Shown here one piece after another: positions 52,590 through 64,000 of a stretch of DNA of 64,000 nucleotides. This DNA is from Mizuhopecten yessoensis (Eukaryota): positions 1 through 64,000 of the forward strand of contig NW_018408307.1 of the NCBI RefSeq assembly GCF_002113885.1, given 5' to 3'. The position numbers and the translations under genes are program-made. The notes below the pieces were generated by a model, which searched no databases, was not told the origin of the DNA, and saw nothing but the letters and a program-made list of their open reading frames with translations. Numbering within the stretch: the stretch's first letter is position 1; each line of letters begins with the position of its first letter.

Positions 52590-55497
52590 CAGATGTAATG
52601 TTGTTATTGTTGCTCCTTGTCTGAACCCTTCTCTTGTTTAAATATGTCATAGATGTTATATTGGTGTTATTGTTGCTCCTTGTCTGAACCCTTCTCTTGT
52701 TTTAAATATGTCACAGATGTTAGGTTGGTGTTATTGTTGCTCCTTGTCTGAACCCTTCTCTTGTTTTAAATATGTCACAGATGTTAGGTTGGTGTTATTG
52801 TTGCTCCTTGTCTGAACCCTTCTCTTGTTTTAAATATGTCACAGATGTTAGGTTGGTGTTATTGTTGCTCCTTGTCTGAACCCTTCTCTTGTTTTAAATA
52901 TGTCACAGATGTTAGGTTGGTGTTATTGTTGCTCCTTGTCTGAACCCTTCTCTTGTTTTAAATATGTCACAGATGTTATGTTGGTGTTATTGTTGCTCCT
53001 TGTCTGAACCCTTCTCTTGTTTTAAATATGTCACAGATGTTAGGTTGGTGTTATTGTTGCTCCTTGTCTGAACCCTTCTCTTGTTTTAAATATGTCACAG
53101 ATGTTAGGTTGGTGTTATTGTTGCTCCTTGTCTGAACCCTTCTCTTGTTTTAAATATGTCACAGATGTTAGGTTGGTGTTATTGTTGCTCCTTGTCTGAA
53201 CCCTTCTCTTGTTTTAAATATGTCACAGATGTTAGGTTGGTGTTATTGTTGCTCCTTGTCTGAACCCTTCTCTTGTTTTAAATATGTCACAGATGTTAGG
53301 TTGGTGTTATTGTTGCTCCTTGTCTGAACCCTTCTCTTGTTTTAAATATGTCACAGATGTTAGGTTGGTGTTATTGTTGCTCCTTGTCTGAACCCTTCTC
53401 TTGTTTTAAATATGTCACAGATGTTATGTTGGTGTTATTGTTGCTCCTTGTCTGAACCCTTCTCTTGTTTTAAATATGTCACAGATGTTAGGTTGGTGTT
53501 ATTGTTGCTCCTTGTCTGAACCCTTCTCTTGTTTTAAATATGTCACAGATGTTAGGTTGGTGTTATTGTTGCTCCTTGTCTGAACCCTTCTCTTGTTTTA
53601 AATATGTCACAGATGTTAGGTTGGTGTTATTGTTGCTCCTTGTCTGAACCCTTCTCTTGTTTTAAATATGTCACAGATGTTAGGTTGGTGTTATTGTTGC
53701 TCCTTGTCTGAACCCTTCTCTTGTTTTAAATATGTCACAGATGTTAGGTTGGTGTTATTGTTGCTCCTTGTCTGAACCCTTCTCTTGTTTTAAATATGTC
53801 ACAGATGTTAGGTTGGTGTTATTGTTGCTCCTTGTCTGAACCCTTCTCTTGTTTTAAATATGTCACAGATGTTATGTTGGTGTTATTGTTGCTCCTTGTC
53901 TGAACCCTTCTCTTGTTTTAAATATGTCACAGATGTTAGGTTGGTGTTATTGTTGCTCCTTGTCTGAACCCTTCTCTTGTTTTAAATATGTCACAGATGT
54001 TAGGTTGGTGTTATTGTTGCTCCTTGTCTGAACCCTTCTCTTGTTTTAAATATGTCACAGATGTTAGGTTGGTGTTATTGTTGCTCCTTGTCTGAACCCT
54101 TCTCTTGTTTTAAATATGTCACAGATGTTAGGTTGGTGTTATTGTTGCTCCTTGTCTGAACCCTTCTCTTGTTTTAAATATGTCACAGATGTTAGGTTGG
54201 TGTTATTGTTGCTCCTTGTCTGAACCCTTCTCTTGTTTTAAATATGTCACAGATGTTAGGTTGGTGTTATTGTTGCTCCTTGTCTGAACCCTTCTCTTGT
54301 TTTAAATATGTCACAGATGTTATGTTGGTGTTATTGTTGCTCCTTGTCTGAACCCTTCTCTTGTTTTAAATATGTCACAGATGTTAGGTTGGTGTTATTG
54401 TTGCTCCTTGTCTGAACCCTTCTCTTGTTTTAAATATGTCACAGATGTTAGGTTGGTGTTATTGTTGCTCCTTGTCTGAACCCTTCTCTTGTTTTAAATA
54501 TGTCACAGATGTTAGGTTGGTGTTATTGTTGCTCCTTGTCTGAACCCTTCTCTTGTTTTAAATATGTCACAGATGTTAGGTTGGTGTTATTGTTGCTCCT
54601 TGTCTGAACCCTTCTCTTGTTTTAAATATGTCACAGATGTTAGGTTGGTGTTATTGTTGCTCCTTGTCTGAACCCTTCTCTTGTTTTAAATATGTCACAG
54701 ATGTTAGGTTGGTGTTATTGTTGCTCCTTGTCTGAACCCTTCTCTTGTTTTAAATATGTCACAGATGTTATGTTGGTGTTATTGTTGCTCCTTGTCTGAA
54801 CCCTTCTCTTGTTTTAAATATGTCACAGATGTTAGGTTGGTGTTATTGTTGCTCCTTGTCTGAACCCTTCTCTTGTTTTAAATATGTCACAGATGTTAGG
54901 TTGGTGTTATTGTTGCTCCTTGTCTGAACCCTTCTCTTGTTTTAAATATGTCACAGATGTTAGGTTGGTGTTATTGTTGCTCCTTGTCTGAACCCTTCTC
55001 TTGTTTTAAATATGTCACAGATGTTAGGTTGGTGTTATTGTTGCTCCTTGTCTGAACCCTTCTCTTGTTTTAAATATGTCACAGATGTTAGGTTGGTGTT
55101 ATTGTTGCTCCTTGTCTGAACCCTTCTCTTGTTTTAAATATGTCACAGATGTTAGGTTGGTGTTATTGTTGCTCCTTGTCTGAACCCTTCTCTTGTTTTA
55201 AATATGTCACAGATGTTATGTTGGTGTTATTGTTGCTCCTTGTCTGAACCCTTCTCTTGTTTTAAATATGTCACAGATGTTAGGTTGGTGTTATTGTTGC
55301 TCCTTGTCTGAACCCTTCTCTTGTTTTAAATATGTCACAGATGTTAGGTTGGTGTTATTGTTGCTCCTTGTCTGAACCATTCTCTTGTTTAAATATGTCA
55401 CAGATGTTAGGTTGGTGTTATTGTTGCTCCTTGTCTGAACCCTTCACTTGTTTAAATATGTCACAGATGTAATGTTGGTGTTATTGTTGCTCCTTGT
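52590..55497. repeat. 64-bp satellite, ~45 copies, with a 448-bp (7-monomer) higher-order period
   Basis: Unit ttgctccttgtctgaacccttctcttgttttaaatatgtcacagatgttaggttggtgttattg; a G>T variant occurs every 7th copy. Confidence 0.97.
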
Positions 55498-56048
55498 ATC
55501 AAACCCTCCGTTGTTTTGGCTATGTCACTGATGTAACATTGGTGTTGTTACCACTTGTATCAATCCCTCTGTTGTTGTGGCTATGTCACAGATGTAACAT
55601 TGGTGTTGTTACCCCTCGTATCAATCCCTCTGTTGTTTTGGCTATGTCACAGATGTAACATTTGTGTTGTTTCCCCTTGTATCAATCCCTCTGTTGTTGT
55701 GGCTATGTCACAGATGTAACATTGGTGTTATTACCCCTTGTATCAATCCCTCTGTTGTTTTGGCTATGCCACAGATGTAACATTGGTGTTGTTACCCCTC
55801 GTATCAATCCCTCTGTTGTTTTGGCTATGCCACAGATGTAACATTGGTGTTGTTACCCCTCGTATCAATCCCTCTGTTGTTTTGGCTATGTCACAGATGT
55901 AACGTTGGTGTTGTTACCCCTTGTATCAATCCCTCTGTTGTTTTGGCTATGTCACAGATGTAACATTGGTGCTGCTATCCCTCTGTTGTTGTGGCTATGT
56001 CACAGATGTAACATGGTGTTGCTACCCCTTGTATCAATCCCTCTCTTC
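55498..56048. repeat. 61-bp sister subfamily of the 64-bp satellite, ~9 copies
   Basis: Unit ccccttgtatcaatccctctgttgttttggctatgtcacagatgtaacattggtgttgtta shares tatgtcacagatgt and ttggtgtt with the 64-mer. Confidence 0.93.
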
Positions 56049-58304
56049 TTTAAAAATGTCAAACTAATTGCCCCAATTTAAAACATGAATTTAGCCAGTC
56101 GTCTATTATTCTGACGGTCCATTTGAATATATCAAATTTTCTATTATAAATAGTCATTGCAAAAAGCTACCAGAATTCTTTCATTTAAGTATCACTAACG
56201 GTATCAACATTTTAAAGGAAACTTCAGCTGGAGATAACAGAAAAAAACTCATTTGGACAAATGTCTAAAACGACTTTAAATTTCTCAACAATACTAGATG
56301 AAATGCTTAAAGAAAGATTAAGCAAGTCAAAACAAATTTGTGCTACTTGGGACAATGATACCCTCCAATCTCGGATACAATCTATAGCAGAACAACACTG
56401 TTATGTTGTAGATCATTACTGCATACTGATAAAACTAAAAAAAAGAAGACAAATGATAATTACAGAGCACTGTGACATTTCTTTCAACTTGTTACAACCT
56501 TTTCTGGTGATAAGGAACAATCTTATGACAGGTTGGAGATTTTTTTGGACAATTGATTTACAGGACCTTCTGAAATAAAACATCATTGTAGGATGATATC
56601 TAATGTCAGCAATTACAGAGACCAAATACATTCTTTGTTACACATCATACAAACAATTGATTCCAGCAGCTACGCTTTTTCTGTCGTGTTCCATCGGGCT
56701 TAAAATATCCCTGACAATATTCCTTTGATATATTATTTGATTGATTTTTGTTGAACTGAATATTTTCAAAACATGAAGAAAAATATGTTCTACTTTCCTG
56801 AGCAACAGACATTTTAAACAAATACCAGTGCTTCAAAATACTTCAAATGAAATAAAACAGTTTTAAATTTTTTAAATTTATTGAAGTGAAATTGCTGTGA
56901 AGTTCAGATACAGGCCCTTATAACCAGTTAATATAGTATCCTGTATGGTAAAACACTCCACAAAAAAACTTGTCAACACCTGTAACAGTCAAATCAAAAG
57001 CTGCAGAACCCCTACAGTACAAAATTCAACAGGCAGCAAATGAATAATGAGCTTTTTATGGTCATAACCTTATATTTGATCAGTGCTGCAGAAAGGATAC
57101 ACAAATCACAACATATGTTGGGGGTTATGTAGCATGATTTTTTCAGATAATATTTCTTTTTTCTGAAGTTTAAAAATGTCAAAATTCCAATTTTTTCCTT
57201 TGAACCAGATGTGAAACATTAAATGTTTTGTCACAAAATCAAAATATTTACCCAGGATTATAAGAGCAAATTAAGCCTTCCACCTTTGAGACTAAATTTG
57301 TTCTTTATAAGTTATAGGTTTTCGATTCAATACTTGTGGCTAGGTAAATGTTACTTGTAATTTTAGGATGTATAGAGAGTTAAGTATGAGTGTTTATAAG
57401 GTAGAGTGATTCAGAATGTGCAGTCATGCCCTCCTGTCACAAACTCATGTTCCTATAATGGGGACATGTTCTACCCCTGAGAAAAGCTGTAAAACAACCA
57501 GGATGTAGGATTTGTATAGATGTAGAGTCCTGGGAACTGTACAGAAATGACTGATACCTCCCCTCCGTCAGAAATCTATCTCAATGGATTACAAATCTCA
57601 TCGATAGTGCACCACATGTAATTATACTCCCGTCAACTTAACATGAGTTACACGTAAACCGTAACAACGCTTTTTATCTTAAATAGGACGTACAATCTTA
57701 AACTTACCACACACTTTCACCTTACCATGCTTGATGCTAAAGCAACCTTTTTTTAATTTTATTTGGGACAGTCATGATTTAATCAAACTGGATGAAGACA
57801 ATTCTTTTTCTAACTGTGACAATGTTATTTTGCACTTGAGAAACATTTTTTCTTTAAGCTTGTGACAATTAATTACATTCTTAACTCTGGGGCGATCTGA
57901 ATTGACATTGTTATAGAAACCGTGTGCTTTTCTCTAAAGCTGTGGTGCTTTGTAAGGGGTATGACTAATCGTAGTGATATATATGTCCTGGGACAGTACA
58001 ATAGCTGACATAGTTATGTCACATTTTTTCATGCTGAAATACAATTCCCTTACAATTTTACAGGCCCATTAGGGCTATAGAAATACCTTATCAAGTAAAA
58101 TAACAAAATATTAATCATATTTGAAATAAGAAACAACAGCTTATATTACAAACAAGAGTGTTAGAATTTCCACAAAAGGATTGTTGATAGTTTTAGTGAT
58201 ATTTACAGACCTAACAAATATCTAAAACTCTGTGGTCTCTCAAAGGAAAAACAACACATATCTACACCATCTTCCATAAAACCAATGTGAAATTAGTCAC
58301 ATAT

Positions 58305-59835
58305 AATGGAAGCAAAATAATGCCGATTGGCACAAAGGAGTTGTCGTGTGCATTTCGAGGCAAAACATATGACACACACTTCTATGTTGTTGACATTGTA
58401 ACACAGCCTCGGGAGGAACACCCGGAGTGAAATAGCATCAGTCAAGCATGTTCAGTCGATTGACAAAACTATTACAAAATCTGATGTGATTCAAGAATAC
58501 AGTGACGTATTTGATGGGTTAGGTCTGTTGTCTGGGGAGCACAATATCAAATATGGGACTGTCGAATCAAATTGGATCGTATGGTGTCTCTAGGTGTAAT
58601 CGCAAAGCAGGATGAGCCCACAGACTGGGTTCATAGTATAGTGACAGTAACCAAGCCGTGTGAAACACGCGTCTGTTTGAACCCAAAAGATCTCAACCGT
58701 ACGATTCAGAGGGAGCACTACCCTATGAAGACAATAGACGAGAATGTCGAGAGACTACCTAACGCGAAAGTATTCTCTCGTTTCGATGCAACACATGGAT
58801 TTTGGCAAATTGGCCTTGATAGTGAGAGTTCAAAACTACTGACGTTTAATAGGCTATTTTGTAGATACCGTTATCTCCGATTACCATTCAGTATTGCCTC
58901 TGCACCTGACTTGTTCACAAAGCGTGTTCGAGAAATGTTTGAGGATAACGCTGGAGTTGAGTGCATAGTAGATGACATTCTGGTCTGGGGTGAAAATGAC
59001 CCAACAGCATGATGAACGCGTTAGACAGATGCTTCAACACGCAAGAGAGCAGAATTTCAAATTAAACACATCAGAGGTCGAGCTTCGCGTGCCGGAAGTG
59101 AGGTACGTAGGTCACGTCATAAGTAAAGACGGGCTGAAAGTAGATCCGGACAAGGTCAGAGCCATTCTCGAAATGCCAGCACCGTAAGATAAATCCGCAG
59201 TGAAAAGGTTCCTCCGCATAGTACAGTATTTAGCAAAATTGATCACAAACCTCTCAGACCAATCAGCTCTGTTACGAGAGTTATTGTGAAAGTTTCCGGA
59301 AGTTAAAAGAGCTTGTGTCATCAGCGCCAGTGTTACAATTGTATGATGCAAGACAACCCTTCACATTCTCAGTAGACGCGAGTTCTAAAGGGTTGGGCGC
59401 CGTGCTCATGCAAAAGGGACATCCAGTTGCGTGTGGTTCGAGAGCATTGACAGAAACACAGATGCGGTATGCGCAAATCGAACGCGAGATACCAGCCATT
59501 GTGTATGGGACAGAAAAATTCCACCAGTATATATATGGCCGACATGCTACAGTAGAAACCGATCACAAGCCTTTAGTGGCGATACATGCCAAACCATAGT
59601 CAAGGTCTACACGGAGTCTCCAACGAATGCTGATGCGATAAGATTTGACTGTTGTTTATAAACCGGGCAAAGAAATGTATATTTCGGATGGCTTAAGTAG
59701 AGCCTATTTGAACGAAACAAAGGAATCACTGGTAAAACGAAAAACTGGACGCAAGATTTCTTGAGGAACAATTACCAGTGTCGCCCGGAAAACTAACAGA
59801 AATAAAACAGGCAACGGTAGCAGATACCAATCTAC
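58305..59835 (+). mobile_element. Decayed Ty3/Gypsy LTR-retrotransposon pol fragment (protease remnant, RT, RNase H)
   Basis: RVCLNPKDLN, FDATHGFWQI, YLRLPFSI, CIVDDILVWG (RT); VDASSKGLGAVL, YAQIERE, ETDHKPL (RNase H). Frameshifts and stops between ORF pieces; no LTR or integrase seen. Confidence 0.93.
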
Positions 59836-61587
59836 AACAAGAGGCCCATGGGCCTTAACGGTCACCTGATATATTTATACATCAAGTTGATTTTGTTTTT
59901 AACACGAACAGAAATATTATTCAGTGACAAAAAACAATAAAACCACCTTATTCAATATCTAGCATACAGATTTAAGACTAAAAAGTATTTGAAACTAGCA
60001 CCTCTGATTCTAAACAAGGAAAATGAAGAAATTTTAGCACACTGACTCCTTTGGGCCCCACCCTACAGCCCTTGGGGGTAGGGCTGGCTCAAAATTTTCA
60101 ANNNNNNNNNNNNNNNNNNNNNNNNNNNNNNNNNNNNNNNNNNNNNNNNNNNNNNNNNNNNNNNNNNNNNNNNNNNNNNNNNNNNNNNNNNNNNNNNNNN
60201 NNNNNNNNNNNNNNNNNNNNNNNNNNNNNNNNNNNNNNNNNNNNNNNNNNNNNNNNNNNNNNNNNNNNNNNNNNNNNNNNNNNNNNNNNNNNNNNNNNNN
60301 NNNNNNNNNNNNNNNNNNNNNNNNNNNNNNNNNNNNNNNNNNNNNNNNNNNNNNNNNNNNNNNNNNNNNNNNNNNNNNNNNNNNNNNNNNNNNNNNNNNN
60401 NNNNNNNNNNNNNNNNNNNNNNNNNNNNNNNNNNNNNNNNNNNNNNNNNNNNNNNNNNNNNNNNNNNNNNNNNNNNNNNNNNNNNNNNNNNNNNNNNNNN
60501 NNNNNNNNNNNNNNNNNNNNNNNNNNNNNNNNNNNNNNNNNNNNNNNNNNNNNNNNNNNNNNNNNNNNNNNNNNNNNNNNNNNNNNNNNNNNNNNNNNNN
60601 NNNNNNNNNNNNNNNNNNNNNNNNNNNNNNNNNNNNNNNNNNNNNNNNNNNNNNNNNNNNNNNNNNNNNNNNNNNNNNNNNNNNNNNNNNNNNNNNNNNN
60701 NNNNNNNNNNNNNNNNNNNNNNNNNNNNNNNNNNNNNNNNNNNNNNNNNNNNNNNNNNNNNNNNNNNNNNNNNNNNNNNNNNNNNNNNNNNNNNNNNNNN
60801 NNNNNNNNNNNNNNNNNNNNNNNNCAATTAAACAAATGCTGGTCCAAAATGTGATTTCCCTATATAAACTATAGTAAAGTTTACCCCCTCCCCAGGGGGA
60901 AACGTGAGACCCCAGGGTCATGAAAATCACAAATTTGGTAAAGCACCTTAAGACCCTTCCATCTATGAAGAGTATTTTATTCTACCATATCTGGGTCTTG
61001 AGTAGAAGATTTTCGAAATTTCAGTCAATTCTACCCTTTTTGGCTCCACCCATCAGCCCTGGGGGGTCAATCAGGGCTGATATGTGCATACCATCAAATT
61101 GCTATCCAATGCAGATAATGCTAACCCAAATTGAATTACTTCCAATGGCAATTAAACAAAGGTTGGTCCAAAATGTGATTTCCCTATATAAACTATAGTA
61201 AAGTTTACCCCTTCCCCAGGGGGAAATGCGAGACCCAAGGGTCATGAAATTCACAATTTTGGTAAAGCACCTTCAGACCCTTCCATCTATGAAGAGTATT
61301 TGATTCTACCATATCTGGATCTTGAGAAGAAGCCTTTTGAAATTTTAGTCAATTTTACCCTTTTTGGCCCCGCCCCTCAGGCCCCTGGGGGCTGGGGACC
61401 ATATAATTCACAATTGTAGTTGACCTTTGTCCATGGAAGGTTTCTGCAAAATTTCATTGAAATTGGTTCAGGGGTTTTGGAGAAGAAGTCGAAAATGTAA
61501 ATTGTTTACGGACGCACGCCAGACGCTGCCGGACAAAAGGAGATCGCAATAGGTCACTTGAGACTTTGTCTCAGGTTACCTTAAAAG
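59836..61587. mobile_element. Helentron-associated (HINE-like) element spanning an assembly gap and truncating the Gypsy fragment
   Basis: AACAAGAG start, ggtcacctga (59860) inverted to tcaggttacc (61571), terminal hairpin ggtcacttgagac/gtctcaggttacc, gacg-like microsatellite, ~325-bp internal repeat. Confidence 0.72.
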
Positions 61588-64000
61588 TTCTATATATCAT
61601 AAATTGATGTTTTCCAGGTAAATATAATTCTCATTTTATTGAAAAAAGGAGATGTAAAGTAATGTACTTTGTAATGTTGTAAGCGACCTTTTAGGTTGCT
61701 TGATGTTGGGCGAAAGAGGCCTCAATAAAAGTACTCATCAAACGCAATCTTGCAATGTGTGTGTCATGACTTTTCAAGGAGGCCCAACAATAACAATTAG
61801 TCTTTAACTGACCTAGCTATAGTGATGAAGGTGATCATGATATTCAGTTGATCTCAAAAACTCAGACCCAAAATCTAGCAAAATTTCTCAAATTTGTTCC
61901 TATATAAACTGTTTAGAATGGTGTAAAATGTATTCTTTGCTGCTCTTGACTGCAATATACACAGTGTTGAATAATTGGCATGTGTGATAATCAAATATCT
62001 AAATCAAAATAGCATTTTTTAGAATTCAAACCAAGCACAAGTGCAGAGAAAAGACTGATAAATTTGTCAATAATTCAAAATTATGTAATATAAAATTTGT
62101 TTTGTCCTGGTATCAAATTTAGAATGTCCACATGAGGTGGTTTGTAAACATGCCTCACCATGTCCCTACATTCCTGACAGCTTATCACCCAGACACAGAC
62201 CAGAAATGCTTATGATAATCTCCCTTTAATAGATAACACAAAGGAGGGGGGCTTTGTTACTTTGGTGCCTTTGTGGTAGGGGAGGGGATACATGCTCCCC
62301 AAAGCTTCACATCAAACCCATAGCCCACACTGTTACAGCAGGGTGATTATTTTTATCATGGTTGGGTCAGTATCACTGATTAACCCCCAATTATAGGATA
62401 TCTTACAACCTAATGGCCAGTTTTATTATAGTAACCTTTACCATTGTTCTCTAAAGTACCTATGCTTTACCTGATAAAAGGTGACATTTTTACCTTGATG
62501 AGTAAACAGTGCCAGTGTAATTAACTGATTAGAGCCAAAAGTCTGCCGAAAGACATTCTCCATATGGTAACCCCACTCAACAACAGATAACAGGTAACAC
62601 ACAATATTTTGTAATATAAAAAGTGTATTGTCATTTTGGCGGATAATTTTTTCTTCCGCTCACCTGTGCTTATATTTTACAAACATTTTAATTTGTTTGA
62701 AGAAATAATTGGATTTTTTCAAAATTATGTGTTACTCAGATCAAGAATAAGTAAAAAAAGTTTTTATCCAAATTTTTCAGAATATGAATAAAAATTATGG
62801 CCACTTCCTAAAAAGTGAGCCAATTTATCGCCACTCACAAATGTTTTGGTGTTATTTTGTTTTAGAATTGATGAGACATTAAGCAAACAGAGCTTCGCAG
62901 CATGGAGATACCGTAGTTATAATCACTTTACAGATACATGTATAATTATAAAGAACGTATTGGGAGGAGGTCAAGAGACAGCACATGAACATTCAAGATC
63001 ATCAGCACAGTATTTAGGATTTGCAATAAAAGCTAAAACATGAAATGACTAATAGTATGTAACGAACAAATAACATTTTCATTCTAAAATAACTTAACAT
63101 GAAACCTTTTTGCCGTGAGTGGTAATGATAACATGTGTCCTATGTTGGGGACAGTCATTCAGACAATGCTGATACACATCACAAGATTATTTTATAGCAG
63201 AGCTATGACTAACATTGGACTTTTTTGTTCAATAACATGTGCATGCAGGAAATGTCAGAAATGTACAACAAGTATCACCTGTTTCTCAGTGTACAGATGA
63301 CTGGCTACACAAACAAAGCATTGCCAGGTGTTCGGATAATTAAATTATCAGTTGTTTATTTCAATAGTTTGACTCTGAAAAAGAAATTATAAGTATTTTC
63401 CTTGATGAGTTGTGCTGTAAAGACTGAAGAAATAGATTTCACTGGTGTGTCATACACATGAACAATGTATACCATTTATAAATCAGCACTTTTTTTTAAA
63501 ACGCTTGTATATCCATGCACCTGGTCCAGAGTAAAAAAAAATGTGAAAATCAATTTTCCTTTTTTAGAAATTATTATACAACACGGCTGAAACTTTTCAA
63601 TACTATTGTAAGAGATTCTAACTCAACCAGATCATAATCTATTTAAAATTTGAATTTCTCGAGTTTTAACACCCCCTTTACAATCTCACTCATTCAACAT
63701 TACAGATGTAACACCCTCTTATTCAACAAGAGATTTGTTGATAACCTACTTTTCTATCAGATGCCGTACTAGATAATACAAGTTTTCGAGTAAGATACAA
63801 TAACTTATACTACAGAATAGACGAAGGGCAATGCTCCGTAGCCGTGAGAAAGCAACGTTTGATTTGACATGCCATTATTTTCTATCCTCCGATCTCCAAC
63901 AGCCAATCTATGTTTTACATTTTGACATAAAAGATCACAGCAGGGTCACTATTATGCGGTCCTGAGTACTGGTATTTCGCCTCTTTGTCGCCACACAATG

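Noticed and set aside
60034-60930. 250-300 aa ORFs
   Set aside because: They consist of assembly-gap Ns.

Overview
AT-rich animal genomic DNA from a gapped draft assembly; the repeat types suggest a mollusc, probably a bivalve (inference). The window is dominated by one large minus-strand gene, an ASPP-family protein (invertebrate homologue of ASPP1/ASPP2). I reconstructed 8 coding exons by hand, with consistent phases and GT-AG boundaries wherever visible (one acceptor is lost at an assembly N): 47890-47945, 18892-19165, 17265-17452, 14711-~16603, 14266-14399, 13790-13956, 12592-12791 and 10925-10969, about 985 aa in total. They encode a coiled coil, a Pro-rich region with PPxY motifs, RVSF, ankyrin repeats and SH3. 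The N-terminal ubiquitin-like domain was not found. The rest of the window is introns and flank filled with minisatellites, MITEs, Helentron-like non-autonomous elements and a decayed Ty3/Gypsy pol. The most notable observations are: (1) tandem arrays that appear to have been born from ASPP splice junctions, including ~38 copies of a complete 5' splice site, with the same unit present inverted ~10 kb downstream; (2) candidate alternative short first exons in the large introns, two flanked by CRE palindromes and CAGGTR clusters; (3) a dense cluster of 22 CAGGTA/G boxes in 1.1 kb; (4) an exact 7-monomer higher-order period in a 64-bp satellite.
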